A stretch of DNA of 64,000 nucleotides from Lama guanicoe (Eukaryota): the NCBI GenBank assembly GCA_013239625.1, contig MU053881.1, positions 5,105,957 through 5,169,956 on the forward strand, in the 5' to 3' direction. The notes beneath the pieces are model-generated. The model was not told where the DNA came from and made no database searches. It worked only from the letters and a program-made list of their open reading frames with translations. Positions within the stretch are counted from its first letter, which is position 1. Every line of letters starts with the position of its first letter. This document shows, piece after piece, positions 36,130 to 48,852 of the stretch. The translations under genes and the position numbers were made by a program.

Positions 36130-36330
36130 TTGTGGACTGGTAGACAGAGTACTTGACTTGGAGCCAGCTAGACCTGAGTTCAAGGCCTGCTTCTGCCACT
36201 TGTTAGCTGTGTGGCTTGCTGTGGATAAGTTACCAAACTCTTTAAGCTTCAGTTTACCCATCTGTAACATAGGCCAATAACCTCTGATCTTCAAAGGCTG
36301 TTTAAGGATTAAATGAAAGGCAGTCACCTC
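36130..36330 (+). mobile_element. MIR
   Basis: gacctgagttcaaggcctgcttctgccacttgttagctgtgtgg...cagtttacccatctgtaa...aggattaaatga. Confidence 0.75.
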
Positions 36331-36904
36331 TGGGTGCCTCAGAGAAGCTTGGGAAAGGCTCATTGTCCTCTGGTGACTCAGTTGGTTCTCATTCTGTCCC
36401 CATTCTGTCACTTGAGCAACAGCACCCCTCCCCAGAGTGTCCTCTGGGACAGGGAACCAGGGAGAATGTCTTGCCCCATCTCTGGGCCCCGGGACTTAGC
36501 CTAGGGTTTAGGGAGCAGCAGGTACTCATACTTGTCTTCTGAATAAAGGATGGAGTGACTAACCCCTAGAAAGTGCTTAGTAGATGTTCAAGCAACACCA
36601 AAAAATTATGAGATTTTGTTCCAAAAGCCTGGGGCAAAACTGATGAACAACTCAGATCTGTATCACCTTGGGTAGATTACTTCTCCACTCAAAGCCTCAG
36701 TTTTCATATCTCTAGAAAAGGAGTGATGAAAGTATTTGCTTTACGTGGTAGTTGTTACTAGTAAATAATGTACATAAAATATTTTTTGCACAGTATTCAA
36801 AACACAGTAAACTAAATGTTAACCATTTTAACCACAACTATCATCATCATCACCACTACCGCCACCATCATCATCATAAAGGAAAGATGAAAGAAAATAG
36901 GGAA

Positions 36905-39310
36905 ACAAATGTATGTTGATAGCTTGCAAATTTTAATCTTTAGCCCAGACCTCTCCCCTAACTGCAGGCTTGTATATCCATTGACATACCCATTTCTTTG
37001 TCAAATAGACTTCCAAATTTGGCAGTTTCAAAGACCTTTGAGTTACCCCCAAACCAGCTCCTTTGGTCTCTTGCCATCTTTGTTAATGGCAACTTCATTC
37101 TTTTGTTAGCTCATCTCAAAAACCTTGGAGCCATCCTTGACTCCTCTCATTTTTCTCATAACCTGTATTTGATTCATCAGCAAGTTGAGACAGGTCCCTT
37201 TTCAAAACATACCCACTCCTCCTCACTTCCGAAACTGCGTCTCTGGTCCAGCCACCATGGGATGTTGCCTGTGTTACTGTTGTAACCTCATGGTGGTTCT
37301 CGTTGTTTCTGCTCTGTCTCTCTCAGTCTATTCTCATCCAGAAGCCAAAGCCATCCTTTTTAGCGTTGCCTCTAGTACACATCTCATGATGACAAGTTCA
37401 ATTTTTGCTTCCCTACAAATTATTTTTTAATTTACTTTCATCCCTGGAAAAATGTTGTCACTGGGCAAAAAATTCTAGTTTCAACCTTATTTCTTTAACC
37501 ATTTTGAAGACATATTCCATTGTCTTCTGAATTCTGTTGTGTCTTTTGAGAAGTTAGCTTACTAACGTAATGTTGTCCTTCTGAGGGTAATCTGTCTTTT
37601 TTTCTCTGGCTGCTTTGGATTTTCTCTTTCTCTTTGGGTTTGTTTTGTTTTGTTTTGTTTTCAGCAGTTTTGTTATGATGTCTCTAGTTTTCTTCCTATT
37701 TAGCTTGCTTGTGTTTTGTGGTGTTTTCCAATCTACGTCTTGATGTCTTTCATTAGTCTTGGAAAAATCTGTTATTATTTCTCCATTTTGATACTTTCAT
37801 ATATTAAACATAGCTTTTTTAATGTTTGTGACCAATAACTATCTGGAGCCCCTTGTGTTTGTATCTATTTGCCTGTTGTTTCTCGTGGTATTTTTAAAAT
37901 CATCTTTTATTCCCTCATATACCTGGTTCTTTTTAATTGAGTGTCAGGCATTGTGTATAAAATTTTTTTAGAGATTATTTAAGGCAGTATTACCCTCTTT
38001 TCAAGAGGGTTTACTTTGCTGTAGGTGGCTTGGAGGGCTAAGAATGCCAGATCACCTTAACCTAACCAGAGACTGAGATGGCTTGAGAAGATTTGACGCT
38101 GGGCTTTGGACCCTGTGATGACTGCTTCATTCTTCTTCTAAGGGTGTATGCTTTGGGGGTTTCAACTAAAAGCTTGAGGATTTTCCAAGTTCCCCAGCCT
38201 GGATTACTTTTTTGGGTAATATATTAAAGAGCCCAGGGGTATACCAGGTTCCTTCTTGGGGTGCTCTGAGCTCTATAATTTGTCCCATTATTCTCATGAG
38301 TCTTCTCATAAGCTCTGCTCAAAGTGGGGAGGGTATATATAGCTCAGTAGCAGAGCACGTGCATAGCACACACAGGGTCCTGGGTTCAATCCCCAGTACC
38401 TCCATTAAAAAAGATCAATAAATAAACCTAATTAACTCCCCCCAAAAGGCTCTGCTCCTATTTCAGAACTGGCAGATAACCCTCTGGGAAAAAGAGGCAC
38501 CCAGTGCTACGCTCATCCCTCTGGCTTTTCCTCTTCCAAAACTTGGTCCCACCGTTCCTCACTGCCTTTTAGTGCTTGAATGTCTTCAAACTGAAGTGTT
38601 TAAAAATGTTTTGTCCAGCTTTCCTAGTCCTCAGCAATAGGGTGATCCTGAATAGTGTGGTCTGCCAGGACTGGAAAGGAGTTAGACTTTTAAAAACCCA
38701 GAGTGAAACTTCTAACACATCACCTCATTTTTCTCCTCTCCAAACCCTCCGTGGCTCCCATCTCACTCATTATAAGAGGCCAAGTCCTTACAAAAGCTAC
38801 CAGACCTGACGTGACAAGTCTGGCTGCTACATCTCCAACCACGTCTTCTGCCACTCTCTCCCTTCACTCATCGCTTCCAGGCGAGCTGGCCTCGCTGCTC
38901 TTCCCAGCACAGGCAAAGTGCACTCTGGCTTAGGGAACCCAAGCGCTTTCCTCCACCCGGACTGAACTCCCCTTAGATCCTTGCAAGCCGGGCTCGCTCA
39001 TTTTCCATCAGCTCTCTGTTCAAAAGTCATCTCTTCAATGGGCCATTTCCTGACCAACACCCCCTTTTAAACTGGCAACCACCCTGGCCCAGCCCTGGCC
39101 ACCCCATATCCCTTTCTCTGCTTTATTTCTCAACATGGCACTTATCGCCATGTAATCCTTAGCTGTTTGTGTATGATCCACCTCCCCACTAGAATGGAAG
39201 GCCTTGAGGGCAAGGACCTCTCTATGTTGTTCACCATGGGCTCCCCTGCCCTTCCAACGGTGCCTGGCATGTAGTGGGCCCTCAATCAATGTGAGGGATA
39301 AATGAAAGAA
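36905..39310. mobile_element. Fragmented L2 with an old L1-like insertion (about 37400-38700)
   Basis: L2-like ccagacctctcccctaactgcag, aaccttggagccatccttgactcc and ccccactagaatggaaggccttgagggcaagg...gtgcctggcatgtagtgg flank T-rich L1-like sequence. Confidence 0.55.
38321..38447 (+). mobile_element. tRNA-derived SINE (same family as 8320)
   Basis: ggggagggta..tagctcagtagcagagc...ctgggttcaatccccagtacctcc...aataaacctaattaactcccccc; TSD gctctgctc at 38312-38320 and 38449-38457. Confidence 0.9.
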
Positions 39311-42261
39311 CTCTGAAGGCTCTGGACATTTCCTCTTCTTTCTGGGTGGATCCTGGGCCCAAGCAAAGGGGAAGTGATTCTTTTCTGTCCAACCAACCTC
39401 TTTCCCTTCCACATGAGGCAATTTCCCTTGGAGACTTTCCAGTAACACACAGTGGTGAGCAAATGAAATCAAGGGTGTAAATGCGCTTTGTATCCGGAAA
39501 CAACCTAAGGGTCCTGGCTCTCCAAGACCTGGATTCCGGAGCTCCGTACTTGGGATCAGGGCTGGGACTCTGGAAGGGCAAGAGTGGGAAAACCTGCTCA
39601 GGGACTCCACTCTGAGCCTCGAACTCCCACACTTCCCCCTACAGTTCCTCCCTCCCATCTGAAGGAGAATTCCCCGTGGCTTGTGCCTCTAATGTGGAGA
39701 ATGGGGCAGTGGGTGATTCATGGGGAAGTCTACAAATTCATGGGGCTGCTTGGGTCTTATGACTCACTGCTTCTCATCTAATAGGAGGATTAGATATCCA
39801 TACTGAATCTCCTGGAAATGTCCTTTGTCAAGGCCTCTAGTGACCACTGGGGATTCTCCCCTACAGAGCTCCCAATGGCACCTTCCCGGCACTCGTCACT
39901 CTGTTTAGTTGCATGTCCGTTGCTCAATAAGTACGTATGGAAAGAACGGGAAGGGAGGCCAGTGAGATGGGGAAGGCGGGGCGAGGCGGGGGAGAGGGCA
40001 TCTGACGCTCTCACCAGACTGTGAGACTCTAAGGGCAAGATCATGCCCTTTTCATTTCTGTGTCCCCAGCCTCCCGTGGAAGGCTTGGCTTACAGTTAGG
40101 GAAGTGAATGGTTGAGTAAATGAAGCAATACTGAGGGATCTTGAGGGACCTCATTCCAAGATATCACCTTTCTGGTAGAGCCTCAAGGTGGTGGCAGGTT
40201 GGGGCTTGGTGTTTGCTGTGGATGATGCTGGAGAGGCCCAAAGCAGGTGATACTGGTCGAGATAGGTGCTCCAGCCCACAGTCCAGTCATAAAAGCAGCC
40301 CCTCCTGAGCACTGACTGGTGCCAGGCCCTGCACTGGACACTGGATGCACAGGAATGGGGAAGACAAATTCCTTGACCTTGGTCTCATCCAGCAAGTGGC
40401 AGAGACTGATGGGTTGACCCAGGATTTTAATACAGTGATCTGGGAGCTGTTGGCAAGGTGTAGACAGGGCAAGGGGGTGGGGAGATGCTGGGAGGAGCTG
40501 GTAGAGGGGAGAAGAAGAATTTCCATGAAGGGTTTGGAGAGGAGAATTTCTGCAGGAGGTGACCTTTGAGTGCTAGAAGTCTGGGGACATGGCACAAGAA
40601 GGACTCCTGTCCTTGGGGAAATTAGGAATGGTCTGAAGCCAATTTGTTGTTGTTTAATAACTTTTATGGAAGGAAGAAGGCCAGGCCTACTTGCCCTAGA
40701 AAGTCAATTCCCAAAAGCCCCCGTGAGAGTCCCCGCACCTACCTGTCCTGCTCTTAGGCAAACTGGACCAGAGCCCTGTGCCCTGATGGTGTGCATCTCA
40801 AAGTATGGGCACTAAGGGGTCCTGTGTGAGGCCAAGGACACGGCCCCCAGGGAAGAAAGACTGAAAAGCACTAGCTTGGACCCTGGCCCCTGCTTCCTCT
40901 CCATATTCTCATTGGATGAACTGTTTAGGTGATCCTCCTTACATTGTAGGCAGAGGAGGGGTCTGCTGCACGCTTCGCTGGCCACCCTCCCTCATCATAT
41001 CATCATCAGCACCACCAGCAAGCAACACTTCTGAGCAGGCGCCAAAGACTTCAGGCAGGAGCTTTGTGTTCTAGCCCCAAGTGTAGCATTTCCTTGCTGT
41101 GTGACTCTCAGAAAGCTGCATCACCTCTCTGAACTTTGGATTTGTAGTCAAAGCATGCAGAGAGGATGAGCCGAGAGACTCATCATGGACTTGAACACTG
41201 CAGAGAGTACAGTGTCCCGTGAAGATGGGATGACATTATTATGACTGCCTCGTCCCCCAACTCAGAGCCAGCCATTCGGGCTCCCACTAACATTGACTTC
41301 GGACGTGACAGGGCACAGCATTCAACCCTGGTTATTCCACCGTGGGCTGCTTCTCTGGTGTAAAGGGCCCCGCAGCCTTGAAGAGGCAAGACCTGGGTTC
41401 CCCTCGGGCCCTTGCTTATCCCACTGTGAGGTCATCAAGAGACTGGGAGAGCTTGATTTCTGAGCTCTCTGGCCAGAGCTGGTACCCAGTATAGCTATGA
41501 TAGCTCAGGGTCAGAGAAGAGAGATAAGGGCCGTCTCTTTTATTGAGCAGCTACTATGACCAATTGCTTTGCATAAGTGGTTTATTTAATGTTCCCCTCT
41601 GGCTTCTTCAACAGGGCTTATTATTATTGCCACGTCATGAGGAGTAGTAACAGAGGCCTAGAAAAGTAGAGGATTCACCTACAGCCACAAGGTGGGTTTT
41701 AACGCAGTGTCTGGTCCGGGACCCAAGCTTGGTAGGGTCTTTCCACTGTAGCAGGCACTACAAGCGTGAGGCACTACCCTGCCCTCACCCGGGCACCGCT
41801 TTTTAAGGCTCGGGAGGGTGGAAAGTGCTGCTGATGCCTATTAGATGAGGCTCCCCTCCCCGCAGGGCTCCTGGGAAATGGGTTCATGTATCTTTGTATC
41901 CTCAGCATTCTCAATAAGTTTACAGACCATGACTAAACTGACTGTCTAGGGCATAGATGGCTGGTTACCCCTACTTTCTGTTCTTCCTTTCTTCTTCAGT
42001 AATAGAATTTTAGTCAGGTATATGTCTTAACTTTCCCAGTCTCCCTTGCAGCCAGGTGTGGTTGTTTGAATAAGTCAGGCCTAAGGTTTCTTCTAGGGAG
42101 TGTCCTTAAAGAGAAGGGGATTTCCTTTCTTCCCCCTTTCTTCCTCCTTGTCTGGAATACCAATGTGATGGCTGGAGCTGAGGCAGCCGTTTTAAACCAT
42201 GAAGCAATACTGGGAATGATGGCAGAGCAGCAAGATACAAGGAGTCTGGGTCCCTGAGGAC

Positions 42262-42757
42262 TGTTGGGCGATAATTCTCCATTTTCATGTGTTTTGTGAC
42301 AACTTTTAATCAGGAGTCATTTCTTTTCAAGAACTTTTTTTTTTTTTATGGCAAATAGCCTTGGGGAACTAAGATTGTTCTGGAACAGAGAACAGATTTG
42401 TTTCCTGAACAGGATAATAGAGATAGTACCATTCTCCAGGGCAAACGTTGGCTAGATTTGCTAGCAGTCTTTCAGAAGACTAAGAGTCTCCTAAACTCGG
42501 TTTGTCTCAGTCCTGATATAAACCCAGTGTGTGTACAACCTCTACCTGGGCCACCTGCCCTGGCCCCATGGAACTTGGAGGGCAAGAGGAACCAGCGCAA
42601 GCATGAACCTCATGCTGTCCTCTGTGCTGTGCGTAATAAGGTCCCTTGTCTCCCACCCAGGAGTCTGAGTCTTCTGCAAGCATCCATGAAACTGCAGGAG
42701 GCTCGCTTATTAGCTTACAAGTAAGAAAGAATTCTCAGACTCGCCATGCTTCTGACA
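42262..42757 (+). mobile_element. ERVL-class solo LTR (MER54/MER76-like)
   Basis: TG...CA ends (tgttgggcgataattctcca...ttctgaca), flanks aggac/aggag (5-bp TSD with one change), internal TATAAA-like and AATAA-like motifs; family name tentative. Confidence 0.7.
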
Positions 42758-42804
42758 AGGAGTTTGTGGAGCAGAGCAATATCCTTAGCCCTGGTGGACT
42801 TTTT

Positions 42805-45273
42805 TTTCCCCCTTTTTTCTAACTTTATTGGGATAAATTTTACCTCAGTAAACACCTATTTTAAGCTTACAGTGTAATGAGTTTTGACAAATCTATATAG
42901 TTTTATATATCTTTGAATTTTAACAAATGTATACAGAATATATTATACTTACCAACACATCCAAGATATAAAGCATATCATATCATGTCATCATTAAAAA
43001 TTCCCTCATGCCTCGTCCCAATCAATCCCAACCTCAGCCATCCAGGGATAAGCTTTTTGTCGCTATACATTAAAACTGATTTCTGAGTTTCCTGTGAATG
43101 AAATCCCACAGTATTCTTTCCGTTGGATCTGCATTCTTTCCATCGGCATAATTATTTTTAGATTGGTCCCTGTCCTTGTCTGTATCAGTATTTAAAAAAA
43201 TTTTTTAAAGGTTTTATTTTTTAGAGCAGTTTTAAATTCACAGGAAACTTTTTAAAATGAAGTAGTTAATTAATTTATTTTTTGGTATATATATTTTTTA
43301 TTGAAGTGTAGTCAGTCTACAACGTTGTGTCAGTTTCTGGTGTACAGCACAATGCGTCAGTCATACACGAACATACTTATATTCATTTTCATATTCTTTT
43401 TCACCATAGGCTGCTACAAGATATCGATATTAGTTAGTACCTGCAAATCTCAAACTCCCAATTTATCCCTTCTTAACCTCTTCTCCTCCTGGTAACCATA
43501 AGTTTGTTTTCCATGTCTGTGGGTCTATTTCTGTTTTGTAAATAAGTTTGTTTGCCTTTTTTTTTTTTTAGATTCCACATATAAGCGATCTCATATGGTA
43601 TTTTTCTTTCTCTTTCTGGCTTACTTCACTTAGAATGACAATCTCTAGGTCCATCCTTGTTGCTGCAAATGGCATTATTTTATTGTTTTTTATGGCTGAG
43701 TAGTATTCCAATGTATAAATATACCACAGCTTCTTTATCTAGTTATCTGCCGATGGACATTTAGGCTGTCTCCATGTCTTAACTATTGTAAACAGTGCTG
43801 CTATGAACATTGGAGTGCGTGTATCTTTTTGAATTAAGGTTCCCTCTGGATATATGCCCAGGAATGGGATTGCTGGATCAGATGATAAGTCTATTTTTAG
43901 TCTTTTGAGGAATCTCCATACTGTTTTCCCTAACAGCTGCACCAAACTACATTCCCACCAACAGAATTCACAGGAAAATTGAGTGGAAAACACAGCGAGT
44001 TCCTGTATACCTCCTGTCCCCAGACAGGCACAACCTCCCCCATTATCAAGGTGCAGCCCCAGAGTGGGGCATTTGTTACAATGACGATGAACCTGCAATG
44101 GTACAGCATCATCAGCCAAAGTCCACAGTTCACATTAGGGATCGGCCTTGGTGCTGTACATTCTACGGGTTTGGATAAATGTACAATGACAGGTATCCAC
44201 CATCACGGTACCATACAGAGTGGTTTCACTTCCTTAAAATTCTTGTACCCCACCTATTCATCCTTCCCCCCATCCTGCCCCCAGGCCTTGGAAACCACTG
44301 ATCTTTTTACTGTCTCCACAGTTTAACCTTTCGAGAATGTCATTTATCATGAAACAATATGTGGCTTTTTCAGACTCTCAGCCTCCTTTCCCTTACTAAT
44401 ATGCATTTAAGTTTCCTCCATGTCTTTTCACGGCCCGATAGCTCATTTCTTTTTAGCACCCAATAATTCCGTTGTCTGGATGTACCACTGTTTATTTATC
44501 CTTCCATCTACTCAAGGACCTCTTGGTTGCTGCCAAGTTTTGGCAATTATGGGTAAATAATCATAAATATAATTCATAAATAAGTATTATAAATAATTAT
44601 GAATAAAGCTGATGTACGCACCACATGTAGGTTTTATGGATACGTTTTTTCAGCTTCTTTAGGTAAATAATACAGAAGATGATTGCCGGATTGCATTGTA
44701 AGAGCAGGTTTAGTTTTGTAAGAAGCCAACAAGCTGTCTTCCAAAGGGGCTGTACCATTGCCTTTCACCAGAAGTGAGCGACAGTTCCTGTTGCTTCACA
44801 TCCTTGTCAGCATTTGGTATTGTCAGTGTTTTGGATTTTGGCCATTCTAATAGGCATGTAGTAGCGATATCCTATTTTGTTGTTGTTTTTATTGAAATAG
44901 AGTTGCCACACAATATTATGTAAGTTACAGGTGTTCGACACAGTGATTCACAATGTTTAAAGGTTATACTCCATTTATAGTCATTATAAAATACTGGCTG
45001 TATTCCCCATGCTGTATGATACATCCTTATAGTTTACTTTGGTGTCGTATTGAAAACTGCGATTCCCTAATGACATATGATGTTAGATGTCTCTTCAGAT
45101 GCTTATTTGCCACTTTTATATCTTCTTTGGTAAGCTGATCTTTTGCCCATTTAAAAAAACCAGGCTGTCTGTTTCTTAAGATTTTTGTATACTTTGACTA
45201 ACAGCCTTTATCAGCTCTGCCCTACGAAAATATTTTCTCCTAGTCTGTGGCTTGTCTTCTCTTTCTCTGGAAT
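42805..45273 (-). mobile_element. Stack of L1 fragments of several ages
   Basis: Bounded by a 14-bp near-duplicate ctggtgg(a/g)cttttt (42791-42804 and 45274-45287); several distinct L1 3' ends at about 42820, 43205, 43248 and 44880. Confidence 0.75.
43248..43964 (-). mobile_element. Young L1 3' fragment
   Basis: 13-bp TSD aattcacaggaaa at 43235-43247 and 43965-43977; ORF2 C-terminal remnant [26 protein letters not shown]...TPMFIAALFTIVKTWRQPKCPS. Confidence 0.92.
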
Positions 45274-47677
45274 CTGGTGGGCTTTTTGTGTGAAAGAAAA
45301 CTATTTCTGTATTCCTATGTTGTTTAAGCCACTGTTTGTTTTTTTTTAATTAAAAAAAGAATTTTAAGCCACTGTTACACCAGGCTCTTCTGGCAACTGA
45401 ATCTAATTCTAACTAATGCATGGTCATACTGCTGCTTAGAACCTTCCAGTGGCTTCCTATCCTTCTGGAATAAAGCTCAGTTAATCTGGTCGCCGGCAGA
45501 GCAGTTAGGAGCAAGGCCTCTGGAACCAGGGTCTCAAAGTCTGTGACCTTGGGGGAAGTTATCTAACTTTTTGGTGTCTCAGTTTTCTCATCTGGACATT
45601 GGATTAATAAGAGGACTACTTTATCAAGATGCTGTGAGGGCTAAATGAGTGTCTACGTAACACAGTGTCTGGCACACGACAAATGCCCCATACGGATTGC
45701 AGCCAGCATGGCTCTGATGGTTCCCCCCACCACACCACTGAACCGCCTTGATTTTCTTTCATTTACTTCATATAATCATACGAAACGTGTTCCCACACAT
45801 CCATATTCACACTCAGATGCACATGCTCGTGCACACCCACTCCTACCCACACACACTCACACTCACGTGCATTCACGGATGCTCACACACCACAACACAC
45901 TCCCCTTTGTAAGGCTGGCTTCTCCCCCCTCTCAGATAGGCCCTGCCTGACCACCTTGTCTCTCATGGTCCCTCCCTCCATTTCTCCACCCTGCCCCTTG
46001 TTTACCGACTTCAGACCACTCCCCCTAAGGGCTGCTCCCACTTGGCCAGCACTCTAGGCAGGGATAGGCACCAGGTCCGCTCCCAGTTTCGGGTCGAGGA
46101 TAAGTGTTTATTGTTGCTCCCATCTGCACTGTGAGCCGGGGTCATATTGCTCTTGTTCAGTTGCATCTCCAGCCCTAGTCCAGGTCTGGAACATAGTAGG
46201 TGCTCAAGAAATATTTTGAGTGAATGAGCAGAACCACAGGACAGGAAGGCACCCTGTGCAAACCACCGGTCAGTGGGAGCTGAGGTTGGGCGAGGGGCAA
46301 GGACCTGGCCCAGGTCATAGGGGCAATGGGGGGGTGCCCCACTGGGACTCAGCTTCCTGCCTCAGTGCTCGGGGCTTTTCAAACCCTGGCAGGCAGCTTT
46401 CTCTTCTCTGCTCTTCCGCAGGACAAGGATGTGGCCTCCGCTCCTTGGAGGGCTGCTTCCAGAACACACTCCTTCTTCCACTTCTGTTTCCCAGGAAGCA
46501 GGCAGGCAGGTCAGGGTGGAATCTGGGCAGCAGCGCTGGGAGTGAAGGCAATATGTCTGTTTCAACACGCAGCGATGGCCCAGGTGTACCGGTCTGCAAC
46601 CCTGCCCCCTCTCCAGACAGAGCACCTTTCTGCCCTGCTCCTACCTTAGACGAGAGCTGTGAGGCTCAGACTGGGAGGCTGGGCAGGAGTCTGGAGCCCC
46701 TACAATATACCCCCACAGGCATCCTCTCTCTCTGATGGCCTTGGATTCCCACTAGCTTGATGGGAGACAGATAGCGGGGAGATACCAAATCCTGGGAATA
46801 ACAGGTCGTTTGAAAATAGTTTGAAAATGCATATTGAACCTTTATTTTTTTTTAACCCTGGGTACCAATAGCAAAAAGCAAAAATCTTCTTGGTATTTGC
46901 CAAGTAAGGGGGTTGTAGAGAAATCGAGGCAAAGGTATTAAAGATTTGGAAACACCGCCTCAATTAAGAACGTGGAGACAATTGAGTAGTGAGAATAAGT
47001 GCTTGGTGTGAGTGTGTGGGGCTGTTTTTTGTGCACTGAATGTGTGCATGGGGGTTAGTGTGCAGGGACGGAGCAGCTGTATACCCCTGCTTGCGTGAGC
47101 ACTGCCAAGGTCCTTGTGTCCAGGTGTGAACACAGGTGTGAACACAGGTGATGTGCTGTCTTGTGTGGATGGAGGGAAAGGACAGGCCATGGAACGAAGG
47201 TAGGGACATCTCTGGGTGGCAGGCCAGGGTGGCCCTGGCCTGAGAGGAGGCCTGAGGAAGCTGAGTGGGAGCCAGTCTTTTCTGTGTCGCTGCCCTTGGC
47301 CGGCAGGACCAACAGAGCTCATGGTCATTTAAGGTGCTGGCTGGGTCAGGCAGCTCACTGGGTGGCAGGCCACCCGGGGCCAAGATGGTGAAGGCCTTCC
47401 AGGGGGCCGTGGGAGCTATTTTTAGTGGCCTGGGCTAATTCCCAAATCCTGCTGACTATTTCTGGCACCAGAAGATTGCCCTGAAGGATGTGGAAAATTT
47501 TCATGTTGAGAATGTCTGGCTTCCCTTTGGCTGTGCAAGGGCAGAGTAGGGAGACCGGGACAAAGGGCTTGAGGCCTGGGGGTTTCTGGGAAAATTCGCC
47601 AGCCCTGAGAGCGTGCAGTGGCCACCTTACTGCCCTTTGGAGACCAGCGTGGACTTTGAAAAACACCAGCATCATTA

Positions 47678-47787
47678 TGGGTGACCATCCCTGCTGGTTT
47701 GCCTAGGGTATCCTGGTTTTAGCTCTGAAAGTCTGGCATCCAGGACATCCTTCAGACCCAGGCAAACTGGGACAGTTGGTCACCTGA
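47678..47787. mobile_element. MER81-like hAT-Blackjack MITE
   Basis: Inverted termini gggtgacca...tggtcacc, about 110 bp, internal ggttttagctctgaaagtc and ggcaaactgggac. Confidence 0.7.
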
Positions 47788-48489
47788 GCTCCACTTCAGC
47801 CCCTTTTAGTTCTGGAAGTAAAATGAATAAAAATAAGAAAGAATCATCTGCATCATCTTCCAGAATGTTCACCATCATCCTATGCAGTAGGTACTGCTAC
47901 CATCTCTATTTTTACCCATGAGGAAACTGAGGCACAGAGAGGTGATGCAGTTTGCCTGTTGCAGAACAGTGAGCTGGGTGCTGGCACCAGGATCTGAATT
48001 CTGCTGTTCTGGGTCCAGAGCCCCCAGTTATACTGCTCAGAAAGAGGATGGCTTGGGACCTAAGAAAACTTGGGTTCAGTCACTTTCTAGCCAGATACTT
48101 AACTTAGGATAAATAGTGTCTATTTGGCCCAGGTTGTCATGAGGGTTAAATGAGAAAGTATCATTGCAGGATGCTGGGCACTAGTATGTACTCAGGAAGC
48201 AATGGCTCCGTTCCCCGTTGCTTCTCCCTTTTGGGATGGCAAGATCTGATGGTCTAAGTGGTCCTGGGGCCACCCCTTGCAGGTTGCACAGCAGGGCACC
48301 TGGGTACCAGAGGCCCCCAAAGAGCTGTCCTCTTGGACTCCCATTCGGGCGGCGAAGAAGGGAAGCGACACAGTGCAGGGAAAGAGAACTGGGCCTGTGA
48401 GCCATCAGCCCAGGTTCGGCCCTATTTGCCTTGGGCGTTCTGGCTGCCTCTGGCCTCCACTTTGCTCAGCTGTTGAATGGGCCAGTGAG

Positions 48490-48820
48490 CCCACCCCCGC
48501 GGCGGTCGGGGGGTTTCAGGGAGATCGCAAGAAACTGCTCCCACCACCCCTGCCCCCCATGCAGAGTCTCCCTCCCCAGGCAGGTCGGGAGCCGCATCAC
48601 TGGCGGGGCGATGGGGCCGGGGCGCTGGGATGCCGGAGGTGCGGACGTGCGTGCGGCCAGGCCGGGCACGAAAGGAATGCATCGACCCTGAGAGGCGCTG
48701 TTCCTTCCGCAGGCCGCGCGTCAGAGCCGGGGAAGGAAGGGCCGGGTTGGCCCCGCGTTCCCAGCCGCCCTCTCCGGGCTGGGGAAGTGGCCGAACAATA
48801 GGGTTGCCCGGAGGGGGCCT
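48490..48820. promoter_or_regulatory. Small orphan CpG island
   Basis: Local cluster of CpGs and GC boxes in otherwise CpG-poor DNA; no adjacent coding exon recognised. Confidence 0.65.
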
Positions 48821-48822
48821 GC

Positions 48823-48852
48823 GTGTGTGTGTGTGTGTGTGTGTATATATAC
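48823..48852. repeat. (GT)11-(AT)n microsatellite
   Basis: Directly visible. Confidence 0.9.

Larger units (their letters stand above)
41943..45420 (+). mobile_element. MaLR LTR (MLT1I/J-like) split by nested insertions
   Basis: MLT1-like pieces at about 41943-42261, 42758-42804 and 45274-45420 (tgtgatggctggagctgaggcagcc; ttgtttaagccactgtt; ctaactaatgca). Confidence 0.65.

Noticed and set aside
39035..39658. 207-aa minus-strand ORF
   Set aside because: Partly within an L2 fragment, non-ATG start, no domain.
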